From positions 78,737-142,736 of the forward strand of contig DIDT01000032.1 of NCBI GenBank assembly GCA_002418285.1: 64,000 nucleotides of DNA, in the 5' to 3' direction. Source of the stretch: Phycisphaerales bacterium UBA5793 (GTDB lineage Bacteria; Planctomycetota; Phycisphaerae; Phycisphaerales; UBA5793). This document shows positions 1 to 7,932 of this stretch, piece by piece. The stretch's first letter is position 1. Every line of letters begins with the position of its first letter. The position numbers and the translations under genes are program-made. The notes under the pieces are model-generated. The model was not told the origin of the DNA. It saw nothing but the letters and a program-made list of their open reading frames with translations, and did no database searches.

Positions 1-1204
1 TGCGCGCCGTCTGCGCCGCCTCGGGGTCCACGGAATCGAGATAGTCGAGCACGGCGCCGATTGAGTTGTTCAGGCTGTAGAGATCGAGGCCATAGATTCC
101 AACGGGCGCATCGTGTTGTGAACCGTTGGCATTGTGCTGCGCCAGCCAGTCGATGAAATCCTGCATCTCCTCATTCCGCCACATCCATGTTGGAAAACGT
201 GAGAACGGAGGCGAGCGGAGCGGCGGCGCGGATCGCGGGCGGACATACCTGTCGAGCACGCTGACATCCGGCCAGTCACCTTCAATGGCGACGATGTCGA
301 ACCCGCGCTGTGTGATCAACTCGCGCGTGATGCGGGCACGCATGCGATAGAACTCACTGGTTCCGTGGGTTGCTTCGCCGATGAGCACCACTCGAGCCGT
401 ACCGATTCGGTCGAGCAGCGGTTGAAGTGGCACTCGATCAAGATCGGAAATCACCTCGCACGACTCCGCAATCAGAGCGCTGAGTTCTCCTCGCTGCGGC
501 AAGGGCAGGCGCAACGGCCGAGGCGCGCGGTGCGGGGCGATGGGCCACCCATCCGCCGACCATCCTTCCGTTCCCACGAGCGGCACGAACTGCACGCGCC
601 CCAGCGATTCGCGTTCAAACTTGTGCTGGATCGTGCGCCGAATGCGAAGGAGCATCTGCGTGCGTGGTTCGTCGCCAACGGGGATCACGAGGCACCCGCC
701 CACGGCCAGTTGGTCGAGCAGGCTCTGGGGCACTGCCGGGCCGCCGGCCGAGACGATGATGACGTCGTAGGGGGCATGCTCGGCCCAACCCTTGGAACCG
801 TCGCCTTGCCGGACCACGACGTTGTCGTATCCCAAGTCATGGAGTCGTTGTGTTGCGAGATTGGCCAGCGATTCGTGCCACTCCATCGCGAACACCTTGC
901 TCGCGATCTGGCTCAACACCGCCGAGGCGTACCCCGAGCCGCAGCCCACCTCCAGCACCCGGTCAGTGGGTTGAACGTGAGCCGCTTCGATCATCAGCGC
1001 GACGACATACGGTTGTGAAATCGTCTGGCCTTCTTCGATCGGCAGGGGTGAGTCTTCATAGGCGAATTCGTTCAGCCAGCCGGGGACGAAATGCTCCCTC
1101 GGAACCGTTCGCATGGCGACGAGCACGCGCGGATCCCTCACGCCTCGCGAGGCGATCTGCCTGGCCACCATTTGCTCACGCCTCGCGGCGTTCGACTCTC
1201 CCAT
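1..1204 (-). CDS. Protein-L-isoaspartate O-methyltransferase (Pcm) domain fused to an erythromycin-esterase-family domain; the 3' end runs off the window
   Basis: Absent from the supplied ORF track because it is truncated by the window start. My own reverse-strand translation from ATG 1204 stays open to position 1. It reads MGESNAARREQMVARQIASRGVRDPRVLVAMRTVPREHFVP...RVLEVGCGSGYASAVL (PCMT SAM-binding motif), then ...ARVVLIGEATHGTSEFYRMRARITRELITQRGFDIVAIEGDWPD (erythromycin-esterase-like motif). The listed + ORF 365..1018 is its antisense shadow. Confidence 0.8.
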   Translation of the reverse strand, partial: MGESNAARREQMVARQIASRGVRDPRVLVAMRTVPREHFVPGWLNEFAYEDSPLPIEEGQTISQPYVVALMIEAAHVQPTDRVLEVGCGSGYASAVLSQIASKVFAMEWHESLANLATQRLHDLGYDNVVVRQGDGSKGWAEHAPYDVIIVSAGGPAVPQSLLDQLAVGGCLVIPVGDEPRTQMLLRIRRTIQHKFERESLGRVQFVPLVGTEGWSADGWPIAPHRAPRPLRLPLPQRGELSALIAESCEVISDLDRVPLQPLLDRIGTARVVLIGEATHGTSEFYRMRARITRELITQRGFDIVAIEGDWPDVSVLDRYVRPRSAPPLRSPPFSRFPTWMWRNEEMQDFIDWLAQHNANGSQHDAPVGIYGLDLYSLNNSIGAVLDYLDSVDPEAAQTAR

Positions 1205-1486
1205 GTCAGAGTCTACAGAACAGACCGTCGGGCGAGACAAGGGGAAACGGCCTTGAACAGGAGTGGGGGCGCTGCCGGATTTACGGTGCGCTCGTGGTGG
1301 GGAAGAAGCGGATGGGGTAGCCTTGTCCTGCAACTGCGAGGTCGCCTTCCAACCTTTGATGGTGGATGGTGGTCGGATATCGGCGGGAGCGTCCGGCTCC
1401 CCAGCTCAGAGTCGATTCACTACAATGCCCCGTCTGCGAAAAGGCAGCGCCGGCGTACCTGGCCCCCTTTTGAGGAGAGTGCGACC

Positions 1487-2248
1487 ATGACCATGCAACA
1501 ACACCTGTTCTCTGGCAAGCGCAACGCGATGCGTGCAGCTCTCGTTGGAATGGGACTGCTCGCGACCGGGCTCCTGCTCCAAGGCGCGACCGCCCAACCT
1601 GCCGCGACCGCCGAAGCCCTGCCGCCGATTATCAAGGCGGGTACGGCTAGTTCCGCGCCATCCGATGCGGTGGTGCTCTTTGACGGATCCAATCTGGATG
1701 GCTGGACGTACTTCGACGGCAAGCCGGCGCAGTGGGTTGTTGATGGAACCGCAATGACGGTCAAGCCCGGATCGGGCTCGATCGTTTCCAAAGAGAAGTT
1801 CAATGACGCGCAGGTGCATCTTGAGTTTGCGACGCCCACACCGGCGCACGGCGAAGGCCAGGAGCGCGGCAACAGCGGCATGTACATCCAGGGCCGCTAC
1901 GAAGTGCAGATCCTCGATTCCTATGACAACGAGACCTACGCCAACGGTCAGTGCAGTGCGATCTACGGCCAGTACGAACCGCTGGTGAATGCGTCGCGCG
2001 GCCCGGGTCAGTGGCAGACGTATGACGTGATCTTTCACGCGGCCAAGTTTGACTCGACCGGCAAGAAGATCGCGCCCGCGACGATCACCGTGCTCCATAA
2101 TGGCGTGCTGACTCAGGACCACGTAGAACTCAAGGGCGTGACCGGAGGCAACATGAGCCCCGAAAGCGCCGAGCCCGGCCCGCTCATGCTGCAGGATCAC
2201 GGCAACACGATGCGCTTCCGAAACATCTGGTTCCGCCGGCTGGATTGA
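1487..2248 (+). CDS. Secreted DUF1080 / 3-keto-disaccharide hydrolase family protein
   Basis: In-frame ATG at 1487, 8 nt after GAGGAGAG. Signal peptide MTMQQHLFSGKRNAMRAALVGMGLLATGLLLQGATA. Family pattern: VLFDGSNLDGW...WVVDG...NSGMYIQGRYEVQILDS...GPLMLQDHGNTMRFRNIWFRRL. The track ORF start at 1091 is an upstream extension. Confidence 0.8.
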   Translation: MTMQQHLFSGKRNAMRAALVGMGLLATGLLLQGATAQPAATAEALPPIIKAGTASSAPSDAVVLFDGSNLDGWTYFDGKPAQWVVDGTAMTVKPGSGSIVSKEKFNDAQVHLEFATPTPAHGEGQERGNSGMYIQGRYEVQILDSYDNETYANGQCSAIYGQYEPLVNASRGPGQWQTYDVIFHAAKFDSTGKKIAPATITVLHNGVLTQDHVELKGVTGGNMSPESAEPGPLMLQDHGNTMRFRNIWFRRLD

Positions 2249-2344
2249 GTGCAGGCATCGTGGTTTGATGTGACACGAACCGAGGTGCAAGCCCCGTGGA
2301 AACAGGGGCGTGCGAGGCTAGCATCGCCACGCAAACACCCCGCA

Positions 2345-2420
2345 GCCGGAGTGGCGGAATTCGTGTGCGCGAGGTACTCAGCGTCCCTTGTGCCGACAAG
2401 CGATCTCTGCACAGTCGACC
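2345..2420 (+). pseudogene. Decayed tRNA-Leu-like remnant (5' half and anticodon arm only)
   Basis: Positions 2345-2361 (GCCGGAGTGGCGGAATT) are identical to the first 17 nt of tRNA-Leu at 6926-6942. A D-stem closing CGC follows, then an anticodon-arm-like AGGTA/CTCAGCG/TCCCT with CAG in the anticodon position and one mismatch. There is no T-arm and no 3' acceptor strand CTCCGGC downstream. It lies in the convergent intergenic gap 2249-2463. Confidence 0.35.
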
Positions 2421-2463
2421 TGCCTGTGAATCATTCGCGGGAATGTGACTGACGGCGGCCGTG

Positions 2464-4035
2464 TCACTCGGTGATTTCAATCTCAAGCACATTCGAGGTG
2501 ACCGGGCCGTGTGTCGGGCTGTCGCGATCGAGACCTTGGAACCAGACGGGGCCAGTTGGCGTTTCTGGATTGATGTCGACAAGGAATGCCGCATTCCCGT
2601 CGAGGTCGCACACGGTGCTGCCGAGCACCACCAGCGGTCGGCGCAGATCGATGCAAATGCCCAACGGCGGATAGAACGTGCAGCCGGCACCGCGCCTGCC
2701 GGCAAGCACATAGATGCGACGGAAGGGATCGACGTGCCGGAAAGTAAGGCTGATGGGTCGACCTGTTCCACGAGAGTGGGTGAAGGCCGAAAACCTCAGT
2801 GTCGGGCTCAGCAGGATTGGTGCGCCAGCCGAGGCGAGTACGGATCCGCCATCGCCTTTTCGACCGGCGAGGACATCGGCTCTTCCGTCGCCATTGACGT
2901 CACCCATCGCATACTCGTCACCGTAGTAGACTCCCGAGTCCCCGGTCGCGAGCGGTCCAAGTGCGAGTTGCTGTCCCGACACGGGATCAAAGATGTGGAT
3001 GCCATTGTCCGCCGAGCCTACACACACTTCATAAAGGCCATCGCCATTCACGTCCTCAATGAAGAGTGAGATGCCAAATAATTGACCGGTGTACGCACCT
3101 GTCAGAGTCGTGATGGGGAGTCCGGTCGCCCCGTCGTAGACATAGACACGTCCGGCATTGAAACCTAAGCGCGCGGAGGTTACAAAGTCGGGAACGCGGT
3201 CACCGGTCAGGTCGCGGCCACCGGTCACGTCCCAGCCGAATTTGTCGTCGTTAGGACTCGGCGCGGTGAGGTCGAAGATGAGACTTCCGTCGACGCCTGA
3301 GAATGCTGCAACGCCCACGCCTCGACCGCGATCGTCGTAACTGCCGACAATGATGTCCGCGCGATTGTCTCCATCGAGATCGCCGGCGCCTGCGAGCGAG
3401 CGGGGCCAGGGTCGCTGGAGAGCAAGAATCTCCGACCCATCCGCGCCGGACCGCACTGAGACGACCCCATCTTCGCGCCAGGCGGTCACCATGGCGAAAT
3501 CGGGAATGTCATCGCCATCGACATCGCCCACCCCCGCCACCGCGCGGCCCAGCCGGTCTTCGAGCTCGCCGGTATACGAAAAGAGAGTCTGTCCGGTTGC
3601 GCCGGACAGAACATCGACTCTGCCGGTGTTGGAAGCGACTGCGGGCTGGCCGAGGATGACGTCGTCGCGGCCATCGCGGTCCACGTCGCCGATGAAAGCG
3701 GGAGTGAGGTAAAACGGATTGCCCAGTGCAGGCTCGGGGCAGACGAAGTCCCACATCACTGCCCGGTTGCGGCTGGACACCATGACCGCGCGGCCATGAG
3801 TAACCCCATCTACTTTGAAGTACTTGTCGGCGACAAAGACATCCTCGAACCCATCGCGGTCGGCATCACCTCCACTGGCCACTCCGTGGCCGAAATAGGA
3901 GCTGCCCTCGGGACCAATGAACACATAGGGCAGGCCGTTCTGTGCTCCGGCGATCCGAGCCAGACCCAGCAACAGTGTTACTCCGACAGTTAGATGGGCG
4001 GATCCGCACACGGCGGGGTTAGCGCGTCGCAGCAT
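2464..4035 (-). CDS. Secreted FG-GAP (integrin-alpha/VCBS-like) repeat protein
   Basis: Start moved to ATG 4035, giving MLRRANPAVCGSAHLTVGVTLLLGLARIAGAQ as a signal peptide. Repeated FG-GAP/Ca-binding motifs: GDADRDGFEDVFV, GDVDRDGRDDVILG, GDVDGDDIPDFAM, GDLDGDNRADIIVG, DVNGDGLYEVCVG, GDVNGDGRADVLAG. Confidence 0.85.
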   Translation of the reverse strand: MLRRANPAVCGSAHLTVGVTLLLGLARIAGAQNGLPYVFIGPEGSSYFGHGVASGGDADRDGFEDVFVADKYFKVDGVTHGRAVMVSSRNRAVMWDFVCPEPALGNPFYLTPAFIGDVDRDGRDDVILGQPAVASNTGRVDVLSGATGQTLFSYTGELEDRLGRAVAGVGDVDGDDIPDFAMVTAWREDGVVSVRSGADGSEILALQRPWPRSLAGAGDLDGDNRADIIVGSYDDRGRGVGVAAFSGVDGSLIFDLTAPSPNDDKFGWDVTGGRDLTGDRVPDFVTSARLGFNAGRVYVYDGATGLPITTLTGAYTGQLFGISLFIEDVNGDGLYEVCVGSADNGIHIFDPVSGQQLALGPLATGDSGVYYGDEYAMGDVNGDGRADVLAGRKGDGGSVLASAGAPILLSPTLRFSAFTHSRGTGRPISLTFRHVDPFRRIYVLAGRRGAGCTFYPPLGICIDLRRPLVVLGSTVCDLDGNAAFLVDINPETPTGPVWFQGLDRDSPTHGPVTSNVLEIEITE

Positions 4036-4262
4036 GACTTGAATTCCCTCTCGCCGTGGTGATTCCGGGGTGCCGGGGCAAGGCCGACACCTCCCCTCTC
4101 CGGGGCGTCGTCCCAAATGTACCGGATGGCGATCGAAGTTGCAAGGCGCCCGGGCAGATACATGTCGTTTTCCTATCGAAAGGCGGCAACCTTGGAGTTT
4201 GCCGGGTTCGGACAGTTGGCGAACTGCGAAGGCAGACTGAACCCTCGCAGAAGGCAACAGAA

Positions 4263-4288
4263 CTCAATCTGGAATGGCCCAGATTGAG
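4263..4288. promoter_or_regulatory. Perfect 10-bp inverted repeat (CTCAATCTGG-N6-CCAGATTGAG) in the FG-GAP/SBBP divergent spacer
   Basis: Read directly: ctcaatctgg (4263-4272), aatggc, ccagattgag (4279-4288). It is located between the divergent starts 4035 (-) and 4426 (+). A role as operator or 5'-UTR hairpin is inference only. Confidence 0.3.
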
Positions 4289-4425
4289 AAACGCACATTT
4301 TTCTCCGTCCGGGGCGAAATCCCTCTGTCGGATGCTTGGATTCTGTGCATAATGGACCCGGCCTGACCTGCGGGTGGGCTGCGTTGGTCTTGGCACGTCC
4401 GGCATTTCATTTGGGAGCGGTCGCC

Positions 4426-6807
4426 ATGCATCACCTGTACCTCGTGTTGGTGGGCTTTGGTCTTTGGGCACTTGGGACTCCGGTGGCGGTCGGCGATCCG
4501 CTCGACGCCGGGTCGGCAGATACTCAACTTCCTCATCTCGGTCTGCGCGGCATGAGTTTCGTTGAGAATCAGGGACAGTGGTCAGATGAGAGGGTTATCT
4601 ATGGATTGCGATCGCGCGGTCTCGATGTTGCATTCCGTGAGTCTTCTTTTACAATGCACCTACAAAGGCGATCGGGACAGTGTGTTGCGCGGTGCGCAGA
4701 CGACGATCCGGATGCGTTGGAGCCGGAATCCGAACTCGAGGCACTTACGCTCGAATTGAGTTTCCCAGGCTCGAATCCAGTACTACCCCAGGGAGCATCC
4801 GCACAAACTGCGAGGTTCAACTACTTCGTGGGTGGCGAAGGCCGATCGACTGTGTGCGACGTGCCTTCGTTCGCTGAGGTCGTCTACGCGAATCTCTACG
4901 ACGGGGTGGACCTGCGCGTGATGGATAGCAAGGACGGAGTGCTGAAGTACGAGTTTCACTGCGCACCGGGTGCCGACTACTCGCAGATCTGCATCGCGTA
5001 CGACGGTATCGACGACCTGTGTGTCGACGGTTCCGGCGACCTACACACCAAGACCACCCTGGGCACACTCATTGACGCCGCACCAATTGCCTGGCAGGAA
5101 TCGGGATCGTCTCGCGTCGCCATTCCAGCGCGATTTGAAACGGGTGAAGATCACACCTGTCGGGTCGCTCTCGATGCCCCAATCAACCCGGCTCTTGAAC
5201 TCATCATCGACCCCGACCTCGTGTGGATGTCCTACGTTGGCGGGACGGCGCGCGATGAAGGTAGTGCGGTCACGCTCGACGCGACGGGCGATATTCTCAT
5301 TACCGGCCAGACGATCTCCCTGGACTTCGAAGGCCGCATCAACGCGCTCCACGGGCTAAACGATGCATTCGTCGCGCGCGTCAGTGCAACCGGGGAAGTG
5401 CAGTGGATGACCTACCTCGGAGGGAGTTCCTACGACAGCGGTAATGACATCGCCTTGGATGCCGCGGGCAGTATTCTCATCGCAGGAAATACAAGCTCGA
5501 CAAACTTTGAAGGACGCACGAATGCTGCCTTCGGATCGAGCGACGGCTTCGTCGCCAAACTCACGGCACAAGGGACGCTGTTGTGGATGACGTACGTTGG
5601 TGGAAGCAGGGCTGACTACGCCAACGGCATCGCCGTTGATGGCGATGGCAATGCGCTGGCGGGAGGCGAAACTATGTCCAACGACTGGGCGAATCCGACC
5701 AACTCGTATCACGGTGGCTACACAGATGGATTCGTCGTCAAACTGTCGCCCGCCGGAGTTGAGCGATGGTCCACGTATGTAGGTGGACGCGGCGGTGATC
5801 CTGGGTATGGAATGGCGGTCGATGTATTGGGGTTTGCGTCCCTCGCTGGTCAGACGGACTCTACCGACTTCGATCGGGCTTGGAACACGGCACCGGGACC
5901 GGGAAACGGATTTGTGGCCCAGCTCAATACCACGGGAGCTGTTCAGTGGGCAACGTACCTCGGGGGTGCGTCATTGGACGGTGCGACGGACGTCGAGGTC
6001 ACGAATTGGCGGACGATCATGGTGGGGGGATGGACTGGCGCTTCAGACTTTCCGGGGCGCCTCAACGAGAATCACGGCGGACGCGACGCATTCCTCGCTG
6101 AAGTGAGTTCATCGGGATTCACGCGATGGATGGTCTATCTCGGTGGTACTGGAAGCGATGAGGTGGCGAGGCTTGATGTCGACGAGGCCGGAACTGTCGC
6201 GCTGACCGGATATACCGAGTCGGTGGACTTCGAAGGCGCGGAGAACACCCACAACGGTGGATCAGGAGATGGATTCGTCGCCGTGGTCAGTTCGGATCGT
6301 TCACTCGCTGGCATGTTGTATCTCGGCGGCAGCAGCGGGTACGACTACGGTAACGGCATTGCGATGGATCGGTACGGGAACATCGTCGTTGCAGGATCCA
6401 CACAGTCGGCTGACTTCAATGAGCACGGTAACGAGCACCGGGGCGGTCAGTACGATGCGGTCCTTGTCAAGTTGACCACCCCACAAGCGTTGCCGCTTGC
6501 GGTCCAATCGGCTTGCCCATGGCCGGGGCCAATTCAAATTACATGGTCGGGTGCGACTCGAGGGGGTGAGATTGTCCTGCTCTTTGCGCGCAGCACTGGT
6601 GCGTTCGCGATTCCAAGCGGTCGACCATGCCCAGGCACGGTGCTGGGACTCGGAGTGAATCAAATCCAGGTCGTTTTCCAGGGGAGTGCCGGGCCCGAGG
6701 GTTCGCGGACGCTCAACTCGAGTATTGGGCCAAGGGCCTGCGGTGGTCACCTGCAACTTCTCGATCTGCCGACATGTGCGACGAGCGCGGTGGCGAGGAT
6801 TGAGTGA
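4426..6807 (+). CDS. Secreted SBBP (beta-propeller) repeat protein
   Basis: ATG 4426 lies after GGGAGCGG. Signal-like N-terminus MHHLYLVLVGFGLWALGTPVAVG. About ten repeats of the pattern W.TY.GG...D.G..IA.D..GN....G.T.S.DF......GG..DGFV.KL, which I recognise as the SBBP repeat. Confidence 0.85.
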   Translation: MHHLYLVLVGFGLWALGTPVAVGDPLDAGSADTQLPHLGLRGMSFVENQGQWSDERVIYGLRSRGLDVAFRESSFTMHLQRRSGQCVARCADDDPDALEPESELEALTLELSFPGSNPVLPQGASAQTARFNYFVGGEGRSTVCDVPSFAEVVYANLYDGVDLRVMDSKDGVLKYEFHCAPGADYSQICIAYDGIDDLCVDGSGDLHTKTTLGTLIDAAPIAWQESGSSRVAIPARFETGEDHTCRVALDAPINPALELIIDPDLVWMSYVGGTARDEGSAVTLDATGDILITGQTISLDFEGRINALHGLNDAFVARVSATGEVQWMTYLGGSSYDSGNDIALDAAGSILIAGNTSSTNFEGRTNAAFGSSDGFVAKLTAQGTLLWMTYVGGSRADYANGIAVDGDGNALAGGETMSNDWANPTNSYHGGYTDGFVVKLSPAGVERWSTYVGGRGGDPGYGMAVDVLGFASLAGQTDSTDFDRAWNTAPGPGNGFVAQLNTTGAVQWATYLGGASLDGATDVEVTNWRTIMVGGWTGASDFPGRLNENHGGRDAFLAEVSSSGFTRWMVYLGGTGSDEVARLDVDEAGTVALTGYTESVDFEGAENTHNGGSGDGFVAVVSSDRSLAGMLYLGGSSGYDYGNGIAMDRYGNIVVAGSTQSADFNEHGNEHRGGQYDAVLVKLTTPQALPLAVQSACPWPGPIQITWSGATRGGEIVLLFARSTGAFAIPSGRPCPGTVLGLGVNQIQVVFQGSAGPEGSRTLNSSIGPRACGGHLQLLDLPTCATSAVARIE

Positions 6808-6925
6808 TAGGAGCATTGACCGTTATTCTTATGCGGCTCGCGCGCACGCTGCGCAAGGCGATGGGGTTGCAAACCCCTTGAATACAAGGCATAACCGCGC
6901 TACTCTGCGCACGAATGCGCACCAA

Positions 6926-7010
6926 GCCGGAGTGGCGGAATTGGCAGACGCAACGGATTCAAAATCCGTCGCCCCTTAAAGGCGTGAGGGTTCAAGTCCC
7001 TCCTCCGGCA
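6926..7010 (+). tRNA. tRNA-Leu (anticodon CAA), long variable arm, CCA not encoded
   Basis: Folded by hand. Acceptor GCCGGAG/CTCCGGC plus discriminator A. D-arm GCG..CGC. Anticodon stem ACGGA/TCCGT with loop TTCAAAA. Variable arm CGCCCCTTAAAGGCGTGA. T-arm GAGGG-TTCAAGT-CCCTC. Possible promoter TTGAAT-17-TACTCT at 6878-6906. Confidence 0.93.
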
Positions 7011-7047
7011 TTCTGCCCCGAGCGCCCGTCGGCACGGCGGGCGCGGC

Positions 7048-7719
7048 CTAGCCCTTGATCAACTCGACCATGATCTTGGCCGCGGCGGTGCGGCCCATCG
7101 TGACCGCGGGGAGTTTGCCGGACTGCACCGTCACTGCTTCCGCTGCATGGTCTTGCACCAGCACTCGCGCCCGGGTGCCGGGGCGAAGCATGTGGCGATC
7201 AACGAATCGCAGGAACTGTTCGTCCTGATCGAGGACGCGCGCGATGCGGACCTCGGCGCCCTGCTCCACTTCTGTCAGAGCGGTCAGCGCGGAATGTCGG
7301 ATCTCGCCGCCGGCCGTCGGGATCGGGTCGCCGTGCGGATCGACGCTGGGAAAGCCGAGGAACTCATCGATCCGGTCGAGCAGTTTGTCGGAGATCGCAT
7401 GCTCGAGTTTCTCGGCTTCGTCGTGGACTTCCGACCAGTCCAGGCCGAGCGCCTCAACCAGCAGGCATTCGATAAGCCGGTGTCTGCGCAGTACGCGCAG
7501 GGCGACGGTTCGGCCGCGTGCGGTGAGCTTGACTCCGCCGTAGGGCTCGTAGGCGACGAGCTTGGAGTCGGCCAGACTCTTGGCCATCGACGTGGCGGTA
7601 CCGGCCGTGACACCCATCGCGCCGGCGAGATTCTTCATGGAGACGATGTCCCCGGTCGGCTCGGCCTGCTGCTCGAGAAAGATGCGTTTCAGGTAGTTCT
7701 CGACGGTGCTGCTGGGCAT
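7048..7719 (-). CDS. DtxR/IdeR/MntR-family metal-dependent transcriptional repressor (HTH + dimerisation + SH3-like domain)
   Basis: MPSSTVENYLKRIFLEQ..., RRHRLIECLLVEALGLDWSEVHDEAEKLEHAISDKLLDRIDEFLGFPSVDPHGDPIP. The metal-ligand pattern H-x3-E...H-x3-E-x2-E-H has Glu at the position of DtxR Cys102. Confidence 0.92.
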   Translation of the reverse strand: MPSSTVENYLKRIFLEQQAEPTGDIVSMKNLAGAMGVTAGTATSMAKSLADSKLVAYEPYGGVKLTARGRTVALRVLRRHRLIECLLVEALGLDWSEVHDEAEKLEHAISDKLLDRIDEFLGFPSVDPHGDPIPTAGGEIRHSALTALTEVEQGAEVRIARVLDQDEQFLRFVDRHMLRPGTRARVLVQDHAAEAVTVQSGKLPAVTMGRTAAAKIMVELIKG

Positions 7720-7775
7720 CGGGCGGCAGGCTCCGCTGGGTTCGTTTTGGCGGGCTTGATCTCACAGTCATCGGC

Positions 7776-7864
7776 ATTCTAGTTTTGGTTCTATCGGTTG
7801 ACAATTATGGACAGTGCGTATATCATATTTTGACATATCAAAATTTCTGGTGATGACCGATAGA
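7776..7864. promoter_or_regulatory. Divergent promoter pair with candidate metalloregulator operator
   Basis: + strand: TTGACA (7798-7803), 17 nt, TATCAT (7821-7826). - strand: TTGTCA (complement of 7799-7804), 17 nt, TAGAAT (complement of 7776-7781). An 18-bp palindrome ATTTTGA-CATA-TCAAAAT sits at 7827-7844, directly after the + strand -10 box. An outer 9-bp inverted repeat is TCTATCGGT (7790-7798) / ACCGATAGA (7856-7864). This is the most AT-rich spot in the window. Confidence 0.55.
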
Positions 7865-7932
7865 GACTCTTGCAGGAGCTTGGTCCTGCCGGGTTCGCCG
7901 GTTGTGCTCGGGAGGTTGGAACGGGGAATCGA

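Noticed and set aside
365-1018. 217-aa + strand ORF in the track
   Set aside because: It is the antisense shadow of the Pcm/erythromycin-esterase fusion, which I translated on the minus strand. It is rich in Arg, His and Pro with no recognisable motif.
1091-1486. Long N-terminal extensions in many track ORFs. Examples: 1091, 4257, 4336, 17564, 21816, 23247, 25678, 25821, 29088, 40874, 49365, 50558, 56219, 59530, 61068
   Set aside because: The extensions are Arg/Pro-rich, lack homology-type motifs and overlap neighbouring genes or spacers. In each case an internal ATG or GTG with an RBS and a signal peptide or conserved N-terminus gives the expected protein.
7014-7047. GC-rich hairpin (GCGCCCG-N9-CGGGCGC) between tRNA-Leu and the dtxR stop, as a bidirectional terminator
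   Set aside because: No U-tract follows it on either strand, so I did not call it a terminator. It may still stabilise 3' ends.
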